Assembly: GCA_963693365.1 (NCBI GenBank)
Contig: CAVNZM010000001.1
Coordinates: forward strand, 19,848,125-19,912,124
Length of the DNA: 64,000 nucleotides
Reading direction: 5' to 3'
Source of the DNA: Amoebidium appalachense
Taxonomy: Eukaryota > Protista > Ichthyosporea
Both the position numbers and the translations under genes were made by a program. Shown piece by piece: positions 1 through 28,399 of the stretch. Positions within the stretch are counted from its first letter, which is position 1, and every line of letters starts with the position of its first letter. The notes below the pieces were generated by a model. It was not told where the DNA came from and made no database searches. It saw nothing but the letters and a program-made list of their open reading frames with translations.

Positions 1-316
1 GCGGTATGATCTTGCAATGGCCACACATAAGAGAACCTTTTCTAGGGAACCGGAATACAACTTTTTAACCCGACATCAGATTGCACGCCCCATATTAATC
101 GTCCTAAAAACCAACGATTCACAAACACCAATGGCCAAATACCAGAGAGGAGGGTCATGGGTGTATGTGTAATCATTGATACGACTGCACATCCGAACTC
201 ACACACACGCCACCAGCTTAGGACGGCACATGCAAGGTTACAGGTACACGTTTTCACACGCACCCACGAAGTCACGCAGCTCATAGTGACGTACAAACAC
301 ACACACACACACACCG

Positions 317-391
<75 letters not shown>

Positions 392-516
392 ACACAAACA
401 TACAAACACACACACAAACACAAGAAAAAAAACACACACACCAGCAAACGCACACACACATAGGCGCGTGTGCGCGCCCCCGTGGCGGTGCACACACACA
501 CGCATAACCCCTCGGA

Positions 517-550
<34 letters not shown>

Positions 551-554
551 ACCC

Positions 555-590
<36 letters not shown>

Positions 591-1145
591 GTATTACGCA
601 TGGCACATCCATCGAACCAGCACACTCCACGCCTGCACACACACAGTGTCACGCTGAGCCCTAGACTAATGTGCATACCTGCATGAGCTCTCTGCTTATG
701 TGTGAAACATCTTCTATTAGAGACTTACAAACAGGCTGTGTGGCACGAGCAGATCAACACCGTACGCGTGACACAACACATACACAAAGCCAACAAGATA
801 CGGACACAACGTCCGGCAATCACTCACCAAATCTGACATGCTCCACACTTAGACACCATAAGTTGCACACTGCACGCCCACATGTGTGGAGCTCGCTTGT
901 AGCCCCACAGAAACCACCCATGCTCACTTCCAACAGTGTTCATCCCCCAGCAGTTCTGACTGACTTCATCCCCCCATCAGGTTTCGATTTCACACCCGGG
1001 CGTCACTGGGCCCTGTTATCTTTACGCTCCGCGAGCAGAAAGTTTTCACACCTTTTCCTAAGGCTACTCCAGCCTAAATTTGCCCGCTTCAGCCTATAAT
1101 AACTCTACAGCAGCCTAAATTTCAAAAAGTTCCATATCTTCGAAA

Positions 1146-11748
<10,603 letters not shown>

Positions 11749-11957
11749 AGGGATGGGTGGAAACAACCTGCTAGCAACTATGCAAAAGGGGGCTGAAATG
11801 GTGCATGCGGAAGCCAATCAAAAGGCCGGGATAAACACGGAGGGTTCTGATTGGACAGCGACGGGTTCTGCGGATAAGAGCACCCCAGTGGCACCCACCA
11901 TGAGCATGTGCTTGCAGAAGTCTCTCTTACCGTAAACGCACCACGCCATCACCACTA

Positions 11958-12074
11958 CAGTGGGTGACTAAAATAGTATATAATTTGAAATTAAGATCAT
12001 AGATAAAGCTATTTTTTCCCCTTCCAAAATATGACCTACCAACCCTGGTGGGTGGATTTTTTAGATTAAAAACA

Positions 12075-12112
<38 letters not shown>

Positions 12113-12219
12113 AGGCGGGGAAACTTAAGAACATGAGGCTATGGCCCCCCAAAAAATAAGATAATTAGAGGCCCTATTTCCAAAGTAACCTTTTTTTAAA
12201 AAACTTTAGTCACCCCCTG
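11958..12219. mobile_element. Tc1/mariner-type MITE, 262 bp
   Basis: TA|CAGTGGGTGACTAAA ... TTTAGTCACCCCCTG|TA: 15-bp terminal inverted repeats with 1 mismatch, TA on both flanks, no ORF. Confidence 0.7.
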
Positions 12220-13432
12220 TATATCTATAGCGGTTTAAGCATTTAAATATTTAGTCGAGTTTCCATTCATTTTGTGTTGAAGCATTCTTTTCGTTTTCGA
12301 ATTCCCTGCCGGGTGTTATTAAGTTTTGTCACACACACACCTGGATAGTTGGTTAAAAGCCAAACGGGCCAGCCTAGGCCTCAGATTGGTTAATGACGGT
12401 TTCAAGATATCTCAGCGTATGGTGGCTTCTCCTTTCCCTTGTGTAACTAATGATCTGAAACTCCAAGGCGGACTAGTACTATGAAGTGAGATGTGAATAC
12501 AAGTGCAGAGACATACCGAAAGTGAAATGATTATGCCACCTGGGGGAAGGGGGAGGGGCCCGGGGAGAGGGGGGGAGGGGGGGGGGGGGGGGGCACTGGT
12601 CTCAGGCTATGCACCGTACCTCTTAATTAAAGGACAATATACCTGAAAACGAATCCGGTCGATTTCCCGGGAAAGAATTCAAAGTTCAGAAACCATATGG
12701 CTACCTTAAGGCTCCAGCTGCAGGTTACTACCATATGCATCACAGAATTACTGTACGACTGGAACTTTGATTGATAAGGGTTACAGCCGAACGCTATGTC
12801 TTTTGCAGTGCATAGTATGTGCCCAGTCTGTGGTGCACCTGTCTGCACTAGAGTCCAGACAGACTGCCCGTCTGTGTGTGCCAAGTACAGGAGTAAAAAT
12901 GGCACATAGGTGTTTGACTGTGGTGACGTACGGTAACCGTCCTGATATCGAACGTGTACACGGTTTCGGCATCTTGCATGGCTTCAGTGGAATGAACCCG
13001 GGTTGGCCTAGCTGGTTGGCGCGCAGAGCTCCGAATTCTCAAGTCACGTGCTCCAGCGCGGATATATCGATCGACGGTACGTACTGTAATGTGGACGTGT
13101 CGTCCTTGTATTCTCAATAATAATGTTTGTGTTCGTGACACACACGTGCACACACATACATACATACACGCACACATGTACACATGTGTACAAACACACA
13201 CCCACGCACAGTACCCACACCCACGCCCCCTCCCTCCCCCCTCCCTCCGTCCCCCCCTGCCCCCCCCCCCCTCCCCTCCCCCCTCCCCCCCCCCCCCCCC
13301 CCCCCAAAGGAAAGAATGGTAAGGCTCTGTTTAGTTCGAAGCAAACGAAAAGATTACCCATACCCACACCAGCCTTGGTAGCTGAGAAACAATTGCAGCA
13401 ATATAAAAAGATAAACAACAATTAAAAAGAAA

Positions 13433-13495
<63 letters not shown>

Positions 13496-13518
13496 AGAGA
13501 GAGGGGGGGGGGGAGAGA

Positions 13519-13617
<99 letters not shown>

Positions 13618-13968
13618 TGGGGGGGGGGGGGGAAGGAAGAAAGAAAGGGGGGTTTTCCCTATAAAAAAAAAAAAAAAAAAAAATCAAAGAAAAAAAAACA
13701 AAAACCCCTGGGAAACGGTAAAAAGAAAAAAAGGTCGGGTTAATAAAGAAGAAACAGGGGGTTTCAAAAATTCAAGTCAAAAGAAGTACAGAGAAAGAAA
13801 GAAGGAGGGAAACATGGCTTAGCCCTCCGACCTCGAAAAGGCAGTGAGAAAACACTGTCAGATTCCAATCCACTAGCAGATACTGTACAAGCACACCAAA
13901 CACTGTTACATGCAAGTCACATACGTACATTTTTCCCAAATAAGGTTGGTTTCGTAGAAATCCCCCCT

Positions 13969-14012
<44 letters not shown>

Positions 14013-14672
14013 TTCGACCGAGCCCCAAGGCACCCCTTCTGAGCGCATGTAATTAGTGGCACACTTGCACCACAATAGGACATTTCACCTTCCCCCCTAA
14101 CGAAGAGCGGGGGGAATGTGCTGTTTATTAACGACATGTATGTGAGCTGTGATGAGTTGTCGGCACCAAGGCCAACAGTACTTCCACCCAACAAGATATA
14201 CATGTAATAAAATCGGTGTTACACTTACATCATACAAATTTTAAGTGGAGATATATAACGTATCAAATAGACATCATATGTGGAGATATACATTTTTATT
14301 TTTTTTTTCCTTCTTCGGATTCCCACCGGTGGTTAGTAAACCTTGGATCATTTACTAAAAGAAGTTGTACAGATCTTCAGGCTTGGGAAGGGCATGGTTA
14401 ACCTAGTCGGACAGTGCGAAGCTGTGTGTTGTTCTTGGGCCCCACCATGTCCCTTTTTCGTTTCCTTTCCCCGGGCCCTTTTAATTCGAAGGCCTTTGGG
14501 GGAGGGTTGAGGCGCGGGGGAAAGGTCCCCCCCCCCCCCCCTCTCCCACCCCCCCCAACACCACCAACACAGCACCTCCCACTACGGCGTGTGACCGTTG
14601 TGCTTGTTCATGCGCACGCCCGTGTGCGTATGTGTGCATGAAGGGGGCGGTGGGCGGCGGTATCCGCGGCCA

Positions 14673-14704
<32 letters not shown>

Positions 14705-15413
14705 CTGGCTGGATGGCCGAGTCGCCGCACAACGCGCGCACGGAAGGAAAAGAAATCAAAAGTGGCTGTCCCGAAGGATCCGTTAGAGTCCACCGTACTC
14801 TTCTTTTTGGATTCTAAGCCATTCGGTCATGCAACAGCATACAGCTGTCTTGCTTCTTGTTACAGTATCAATCCATATTCTTTTGGGCTTGTGTTGCCAT
14901 GGGGCGGGAGGGGAGAGGGGGGTAGTAAAATGCTTCATAGCACCCGACAAGGTGGTACCGATCTGCAAGAAAGAACACCACATGCGCAACACGAACAACA
15001 AATCCCTGCCTGCATGTGTGTGTGTGTGTGTGTGTGTCCGCGTTCGGCATGTATGTGCGTGTGCTTGTCTCGGTGCGTGCATGCGTGCATTCATGTGTGT
15101 TGATGGGAAGGTCGAGGGAGTTGAGGGGAGGGACGGCCATAATGTGAGATAGATGGTTTATATTTCTTTACCAAGCATATCTTGGTTACAGCGTATAAAC
15201 CACAAGTGGACTCCAGCCCATCCAAGGAGTGTGGTATATTAAACCGCAGTAAAACATCGACCCACCTACACTGCTGCTAAGCTAGAATCCCTGGGTCACA
15301 TTCACCAATAAATCCTTCACCAACAATGCATATACGTGCAATTCAACGGAATAAAAGCGCTCGTGTTTACCATGTGCCAACAAGTGGATATACGCATTGA
15401 AGATTCGAGATAT

Positions 15414-15557
15414 TTACTCGTAGTCGATCAGCTCCACCTCGAAAATCAGAGGGCAGTTCTGCGGGATAACCCCCGGGATGCCCCCAGGGCCGTAGGCATG
15501 GTCGGGGGCACAGATCAGAAGGGCCTTCTCCCTGTACGTGTGTGCGTGTGTGTGCGT

Positions 15558-15590
<33 letters not shown>

Positions 15591-15695
15591 CGTGTGTGTG
15601 TGTGTGTGTGTTCACGAGTGAGAAAGAGTGTGTAGTGGGAAGGGACCAATCTTCAGGGCAAGGGTGGGGGTGGGGGTGGGGGTGGTGGTGGTGGT

Positions 15696-15728
<33 letters not shown>

Positions 15729-16654
15729 GAATGCGTCATAAGTACGAAGTACACATGAACAACGGATAACACGGTGCAGAGTGCAAACCATACATAAAGC
15801 GTATGCATAATAAGCAAAGCTCATCCTCAGAAGGGGCCCACGCCATACACAGTACCTAAGCTTCGACAGCACGTCAACGAAACCCAACTCAGATGGGGGG
15901 AGCTATGTGCAAACATGCGACGTGCATCGCTCAAATTGCATGCAAAGTTTTTCAGTCTCAACACGGCTAGCAGACGGGGGAGCATGGGAGAAAGGAGAAC
16001 GCATGTGCATGGAGATGTGGGTGTGGATATATGTGTGTTCATTGCTATTGAATATTTGCTTCCTTCTTTTCAAAACGGTGTGAGGGTCAGGAGGGGGGGG
16101 GGGGGGGGGGGGGGGGGGATATGTGGTACATAGTGCGAAGTACGGCAGAGAAGTTAGTACGCACACACAGCAGATGCGACAGAAACATGCGCCAGAGTCA
16201 GAGGGGGCCAAGTCATGCCTGTGCGTGTGTCTCTGTCTGCCTCACTCCGAGCAAATATGAGCAGTCCGCACATGTGTGCGTGCACACCAGTAGGTGTTAG
16301 TTGCTGTCTCTCTCCATGTGTGAGCTCATCCCTGCACGCATGCCTATGTGTGTCCACGTGTGCACAGGTGCACGTAAACATGTGGCTGCCCGTGAGCATG
16401 CCCGTGTGTGTGTGCACATACACAGAGACATCATACATACCCCTTTGTCATCTCAGCCACCCCCCTGTCCCATCCACGGATGACCCTGCCCTGGCCCAGA
16501 GGGAACTTGAACGTACGGCCCTTGTCCACACTGCTGTCAAACTTCTCCCCGGTGGGCAGTGTGCCCGTGTAGTGCATGATCATCTGCAAATCAGATTCAC
16601 CGGTAAGATTTAGCTTGTCGTGGTAAAATCTTGTGACATTTGTGTGTGTGTGTG

Positions 16655-16695
<41 letters not shown>

Positions 16696-18552
16696 CTCTG
16701 TGTGTGCATGTTGATGCGAATTGTAACACACATGGGGTCACCAGACAACCACACATCCGCACACACATTGTCACCCAAACACACGGGAGATTGTTCTGGT
16801 AAGGTCAGTGAGAACGCTTTTGATTGGTTGGATGCAAATGCACCATGGCGGACCAAATTTCGATGAACACCATGCGCACTTGGTGATGCCATGCATGGAT
16901 AAAAGAAAACACACAACAAAAAGCCACATCAGCAACAAGAGGAAGAAATGTGAAACCAGCACCACCCACTACCACCGCCACACCCACAATACACACATGA
17001 CACACCTCCTTCCCTCTCCCCCCCCTCCCTCCCAAACATAAACATACACATACACCCAAACACACGCACACACACATAAAACCACCAACTTAGACATAAT
17101 CACATACCCACACAACACACGTACACCCACCCAACCACCCACAGGCTAACACACACACCCGCACATATACGTGCCCCCCCCTCCCCCCCCCCCCCCTCCC
17201 CACCTTTTTCCCTCACACCCACCCCCACCCCCACCCACCCACCCACCCACCCACCCACCCACCCACCCACCCACCCACCCACCCACCCACCCACCCACCC
17301 ACCCACCCACCCACCCACCCACCCACCCACCCACCCACCCACCCACCCACTCCCACCCAACCCCACTCCCACACACTCTTACAGAAGGAACAAGACGAAG
17401 ATGTCAGAACCCCCATGGAAGCCAAAGGCAGCCCAGTCTCATAGAAGCAAAAATGGCCCACATAATCTCCCCAAAGCACTAGAATACAATAGAATACAAA
17501 CGTACTGAACCGGGGGGCAGGCAATCAAACCCAGAACTTCACATACGTAATCTTTCAATAGGGGAACCCAGAAACATATCTAACCATGAGATATCCGGTT
17601 GGAAATTGCGCAAATCCTACCGTTTTGCCGGCAGCAGGCTTCATGTCGGGGTTGCCGGGGTTTAGGGTGACCTTGACATACCCGGTGGCCTCTCCCCTCT
17701 CCAACTGGCCCAGGGGGGCACACGAGCGCTCGTGGATGGGGGCATGCTTGGTCTTGCAGGCATCCCCGCAGCTGTGGGGTTCAATCGTGTGTCTTTGGAA
17801 GTGTTTTTTCCTTTCTTTGGTACTTTCTTTGGGCAGGGAAGGGAAAGCAGGAAGCAGAGGGGAGGGGGGTTATTGCAAATGATCTGGCTGCGGTGATGTG
17901 TGTTGATATCTTCGTTGTTGTTGGTGGTGGGGGGAGGGCCGGGGGAAGGGGGGGGGGGGGGGGGGGAGGGGGGGGGGGGGGGGGGGGGGGGGGCATATGC
18001 ATCAGGGAGAACAAGCAGAAATGGTTGTGCCAGGGACACCAAGAGGGCAAGGGAAAGAGTCGAAGTGAGAGGGGGAAGCAGCTGCTCGGGGGGAATGGGG
18101 GCAGCCAGGTTTGAACGGTGGTATGGGAAGCAGGTGGGCAAGCAAAAAACTATGCGGGTAACAAGGGATCATGTAAGCAAGGAGCACGTAACCGGAAAGG
18201 CTCGTGTGTGCGTGAATGGCCAAGCAAAGAGAGAGCAGGGAGAAGTTGCACATGTCTTCGTAAGTTTGAAAGAAGTGGGGTGAAAAGGGGGGAGGGGGTG
18301 AGGAGGGGGGGGGGGGGGGGGGGGAGGGGGGGGGTTTGGGGTAAAGGCTGACCGGAATAATCGAGGCAGACTGATGAGCTTGTGGAAAGGAAGAGAAAGA
18401 AACATGCTATGGCCACGCTCACAAGAAAGCTGGCAATCAGCACCAGAAGCACATCACTAGCAGGAGGAATCAACAAAGGGCATGGAGAAAGACGGGGTCT
18501 TTTCTTTCATTTTCTGGTGAAATAAGGGGCAGGGGGAAGGAGCAAGGGATAG

Positions 18553-18609
<57 letters not shown>

Positions 18610-19055
18610 GGGGGAGGGGGGGGGGGGGGGAGGGGAGGGAGAGCGGGGGGAGGGGGGAGGGGGAGGGGTCCTGAACAAAGGGGAGTCGGATTAAGTGCAA
18701 GTTTTAAGGCAAGTATGGTGTTGGGGTCTACAATGTCAAAAGGCATAAATAAGTAGGGGGGGGCGGGGGAGGGGGGAGCAGAGGAAAAATGAGGGGGGGG
18801 GGGGGGGGGGGGGAGGGGGGGGAGAGGGGAAGGGGGGGGGTGTTGTTACAGATGGGGGCAAAAATACAAAACAGCACATTTTTAAACAGCATGAAGCACA
18901 AGCAAGCACAGGCAAGCAGAGCATCCGTCTCAAAGCCGTGGACAGGCAACGTGCACCAGAAGAAACACGTGGCTCCAGGATCCAAGTCGTAAACCCATAA
19001 ACACCAAGCACTTGAAACATAAGGCACAGTTTAGAGTATTAGCGGAGAAGAGAGG

Positions 19056-19103
<48 letters not shown>

Positions 19104-19262
19104 GGCGTGTGTGTGTGTGTGTGTGTGTTGGGGGAGGGGGGGGGGGGAGAGGGGGGGGCGGAGGGAGGGAGGGTTGACCCACTATTTAAGCACACCGCAG
19201 CCGCTGCAGGGCGTGAGGTCTGAGGCCTTGTTGCAGACCGGGCAACGGTTACGCCAACTCAT
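15414..19262 (-). CDS. MYND-type zinc finger fused to an FKBP-type peptidyl-prolyl isomerase, 4 exons, 163 aa
   Basis: Exons 19262-19183, 17771-17621, 16583-16441, 15531-15414 (492 nt, all GT-AG, phases match). Protein: [44 protein letters not shown] (MYND spacing), then [107 protein letters not shown] (complete FKBP12-like domain). Confidence 0.92.
17230..17350. repeat. (CACC)n tetranucleotide microsatellite, intronic
   Basis: Direct reading; it is (GGGT)n on the sense strand of the MYND-FKBP gene. Confidence 0.95.
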
Positions 19263-20009
19263 GTTTGAAGAGGGTAAGGGGATACAGAGCCTACGACGAA
19301 ATGGGTGAACGTAATGACTGTTTCGCCGCCCCCCAGGCTAGTCCCAGTGGAATGTGGGTTTTGATGTTTGCGCATACATTTGTGGACTAGAGAAACCTCG
19401 GGTGTTGGCAGGAAACCTGGCGGAAGTCATCAATCCCCTCCCCTCCCCCCCCTCCCCCACGCGCAGCCGCGCCTGCTTCTCCGAAACCTTATTCAGTACG
19501 TGTGGACACCACTCTCCATTCGTCGTTTCAGCTTGAAGCTACCTACGTATACACCGTTTGTTCACAGAGGAAAATCTCTGATAGCAGGTGCAGGGCGTGA
19601 ACAACGGAACCCAAACGATAAACGATATCGATGGATGCACATCGTGGAGCATTCATGTGTGTGGTTTTTTTTATAGTTCTATGCCTGTAAATCTATCCTC
19701 ATATTCATGGTATACATTAGTATTAGTCAACGTTGACGTTGTTACTAATATTAAATACATCACTGGCGTGCAATCATGAATAAACACAGTATACAGTACT
19801 GTTTCATCAGATGTAGAGAACAGTCCTGCTGCCTCCTAATAGCCAAGGAACAGACGGATGTTTTCAGAACCCATTACATAGCCATAGCTAGTGAATAAGT
19901 TCCTTTTTTTTTTTTTTTTTTTTTTTGGATTTCCCATGCACAGATGTGGTAGACCGCAGACACACACAGACACGAAGGCACACACGCATACACGAATGGA
20001 AGCAAGCAA

Positions 20010-20100
<91 letters not shown>

Positions 20101-20193
20101 TGCACACGCGCACGAAAACAGTGCAGGAACACCCACCCACTGACAAGACACACGCATAAATACATACCATAAAAGTACGTATAGTACACGTCC

Positions 20194-20230
20194 GCCCGAT
20201 TATGCCCGATTATGCCCGATTATACCCGAC
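20194..20230. repeat. 10-bp tandem repeat GCCCGATTAT x3 + partial
   Basis: Direct reading; lies just downstream of the sugar-porter stop. Confidence 0.8.
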
Positions 20231-20317
20231 ATACATAGTCAAAAAAATGTCATGATGGACTAAACTATTAGCTGAAATTGGAAGTGCACATACAAAAAAC
20301 CAATAAAACAGATTGCC

Positions 20318-24388
<4,071 letters not shown>

Positions 24389-25374
24389 GGTGGAAACACG
24401 CTTTCACGCCCCTCACAATTTCTCTGCAGCTGCATTCGAAGGAAGAGACACGGGAAACAAATCAAGTGGTCAGATTATGTCTTCGGATTTGGAAACGGTT
24501 GTGATTTAATAATTTTGGTGTAGTGCAAAATGCAATAGGTGACGTTGAGTTATTGCTTTATTGACCTTTGTGGTAATGGGGAATCGAGCTTATGAGTGGG
24601 CTACTGTACACGTGTGTGCCCACAACAATCTATACGCACGAGCTTAATTTATGTTGCCTGAATACTGGTATTAATTTGGTGTGTGCAAGTAGGACTGCCA
24701 AGAACTGGTGTGTGACAGTGTGAGTAGTGAAAGGTTGTCCTGCAAAACCACAAGCCCCTTCTCTATGGCGTTTGCATCGCTTGTGGGATTTGGACCGGAG
24801 TAAGCACGTTCTATCGATATGGCCGTGCGCAGGCAAAAAGCAGGCCAAGATTTCTGTACAAAACACGCGTGTCCTGTGTCAGACTGTCAGTGTGTGTAAA
24901 CAGGCAGCCTGGAGTGTGGGGCGTCGTGTCTTTGCCAAGGCCTCCTACTCTGACAGTCAGAGTAGGAGCTTGAGTTGTAGCCTCGGAGGCCTTGGTCTTT
25001 GCGGGATAAAATCTTGGCCGTTTCGTAGATTCCAGGTACACTTATTTTCCAATCAAATGGGCCAAACAGATCTAGATGGATAAATTCCGCCAATCACAGG
25101 AGGGTAAACAGTACACTAAACAGTATTTTTGCCCCTATCATAGCCAGCCTGAGCCACGCCGTGCTGTGATGTGTGACCTCACGCCGCCCCAAGACTCTCT
25201 CAATACAGGGGTACTCGAAAACGCAAGGAATGTTTCCCCAACACTAGAGGCGCTAGGCGCTGGGGAATAGAGAATTATATGGCGTGATTGTGTGTGTGTG
25301 TGCGCGCGCGCGTTTGCCAGCGCGTGCGTGTGTGTGCGTCTCGGGGTTTGTGCTTGGGGGGTGTGGGGTGGGGT

Positions 25375-25408
<34 letters not shown>

Positions 25409-25680
25409 GATGGGGACGGCTAGGCTAGGACACAAGGAGAAGGGGAGAGATGGTCGCAGCGAAAAAGGAAAACCACGCTGATACAGGCCACAAGCCGTTA
25501 ACCCAAGGGGGGGAAGGGGGGGAGGGGGGGGGAGAGGGGGAGGCCTAGGGGGGGGAGAGGGGGGAGGGGAAGAGAGAGGGGGCGGGGGGAGGGGATCCGG
25601 AGGGAGAGAGGGGGAGAGGGGGGGGGGGAGAGAGAGGGGGGGGAGAGAGAGAGAGGGAGAGAGAGGGGGGGGAGAAGAGA

Positions 25681-25913
<233 letters not shown>

Positions 25914-26341
25914 GGGGACCACGGTAGGGGCCTAAGGGTTTCAATTTGTGCTTTTGTGCATGTGTGTGATTGTGTGTTCATGCATGTGAGAAGGACCGAG
26001 GGCGGGGGGATCGACGGGGGAGGAGGGGGGTAAACCTTCAATAAAAAATCATCATTTATGCCGAACAATTCTGGCAAGGGGACCTAAGTAAGATCTTGTG
26101 CACATCACAACTGGATGGAGGGGGCGCGGGGAGTTGGGGGTGGGGGGTGGGGGGGGGGAGGGGGGAAGGGGAACTACCAGGCTGACTACTCTTTTTTGAA
26201 GTTCTTTTTTTTCTCTTCTTTCTTTACGTAACTGATAAATTTTCTATTTCTATTTTTTGCAATAAAAAAGAATTACATAGTAAGAAAAGAAGACGGAGTA
26301 AACCGTGTAAAATGTGAAACCAGTGATGCACAGATTCTTTT

Positions 26342-26381
<40 letters not shown>

Positions 26382-26427
26382 TGTGTCTGTGTCTGTGTGT
26401 CTGTGTGTGTGTGTGTGTGTCTGTGTC

Positions 26428-26480
<53 letters not shown>

Positions 26481-26485
26481 CGCGC

Positions 26486-26523
<38 letters not shown>

Positions 26524-26836
26524 CACGGCGTGTGTCTGGGTGGCAGGGGGAATGGGAAGGGGGGCTGGGGCGAGGGGGGGGGGGGGGGGGGGGGGGGGGG
26601 GTTTCGGAAGGAAATCATCGAGAGTTGGAATGCGGTGAAGCGAGAAGAATACTAGAGCGGGAACACTGAATGTGCACAGTAACCACCAAGGGGAGGAAAG
26701 CGAATTCGTGTCGAAACCATCTGGATGTTAACTACCGAGTATGCATTATCTCTCCTCTTTTGCTCCGGCGTTGTGAAGGCTGGTTGTTGTTGTGTGTGTG
26801 TGTGTGTCACGGTGCGTGTATGTGCAAAGTGTGTCT

Positions 26837-26873
<37 letters not shown>

Positions 26874-27264
26874 TATTACTGTCTTAACTTATCGGCACGG
26901 GTTGCGCGCCATGGGCTCCGTAGGGGATTTTTGACACCAGATGGCAGACTCAACTGAGTGGCAACTTTTATACGATCATGATGACATTCAAAACACACTT
27001 ATATACACATTTCATGCGGACCTGCCGACATATACTTTCTAGATAATCTCGAACCTAAATACAATTGTGCGGTGATAGGCATTATAAAACATCAGCATAC
27101 CTTGACTTGGACAGAATACCGCGTGAAGAGCAATGTTTTCGTTTGCCATGACGAAACCTCTATCCAACAGGTAACAGAGACTATTGTTGCCCTTCGTTAC
27201 AGTTTTCGCATAGTATGTACATTTATGCGTGCATGTTTGTGTATATGCGTTCCACCCACGTATG

Positions 27265-27329
<65 letters not shown>

Positions 27330-27473
27330 GGGAGGGGGGGGGAGACGGGACGGGGGGCGCTGGGGGGGGGGGGGGGGGGGGGGGGGGGATATCTACACAT
27401 ATCTGTACGATAATAAATAGAATCCAAGAGCCGGGGGGGGGGGGGGGAGGGGGGGGGGGGACGGGGGGGAGGG

Positions 27474-28359
27474 CTATATTGCCTCCTCAAATCTCCGCAA
27501 ATATAGAGCCACCCGCTCGTTACTCGCTATGTCTGCATATGCATCCGCATGCATGATCTTTATAACTATTGGCCGCATATCAGCCCTACTTTTCGCCACC
27601 TTTCGCCTTAAACAGTCCAGAATTTCCTCATCTATCCTGCCCAAAACACTCTTTCCAGAAACACACAAAACAACAAAATCTGTTCCAACCACCCGCCCAT
27701 TTTTCCAAATTTAGTGCAACAGAGTTTCGCGAGTAAGGGAACAAAAAAGCTCTCACACGTTCTCGAAACGTCACAGAACCTGTGCACATGGGCCGCGAAG
27801 GCAATGTCTTGCAGGATGGCCGATCGTCCGAGATATCACTGTGTGCACTTGCTCCATTTTCGGTGCCCGTTGCAGATAGAAGGTCGTCGAAGGTGATGGA
27901 ACCAGTGACCGGACACAGGTTCAGTGTGCGGGAAAAGGGCTGCTTGTGCACACACAATGTCACGTGACTCTGTGAGGACAGCAGGCTGTAGATGTCGCGC
28001 AGCTCCATGCCAGCTACTGGCCTGTGTATAAATGTGTGTCAGTGTGTGTGGTGTGGGATAAGATGGGGGGAGGGAGGGGTGCCATATTGGGTGGGTGGGT
28101 GGGTGGGTGGGTGTGAATCTGCTGGTACCGTCAGTGTAACGGCTTGTGCGTGCGTGCCTCGCGTGGCCGTGTGGCCTTGCCACGTGCACGTGCTTGTGTG
28201 CGCGCGTGGGGACGTCGGTACGTGTGGGTCGTTTGTGGCACGTATCTTCAGCCTGCCTTTACGTACCCACTCCCCACCCCCTCCCCCTGCATCCGCGTGC
28301 GCCGTTACATTTCACGATTCGGCTCCGATCCATCCATCCTCCTCCCCCCCCCCCCCCCC

Positions 28360-28399
<40 letters not shown>

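Noticed and set aside
12600-15300. Short non-repeat ORFs between the CNB-RGS and FKBP genes
   Set aside because: No recognisable motifs and no phase-consistent exon chain found.
17381-17416. ATG GGG GTT (MGV..) as an FKBP12-like start
   Set aside because: The following residues are not FKBP-like and the phase does not fit; the real upstream exon is 17771-17621.
27680-27779. Apparent frameshift between PDZ1 and PDZ2
   Set aside because: It is resolved by a 100-bp GT-AG phase-1 intron with a CTAA branch-like motif.
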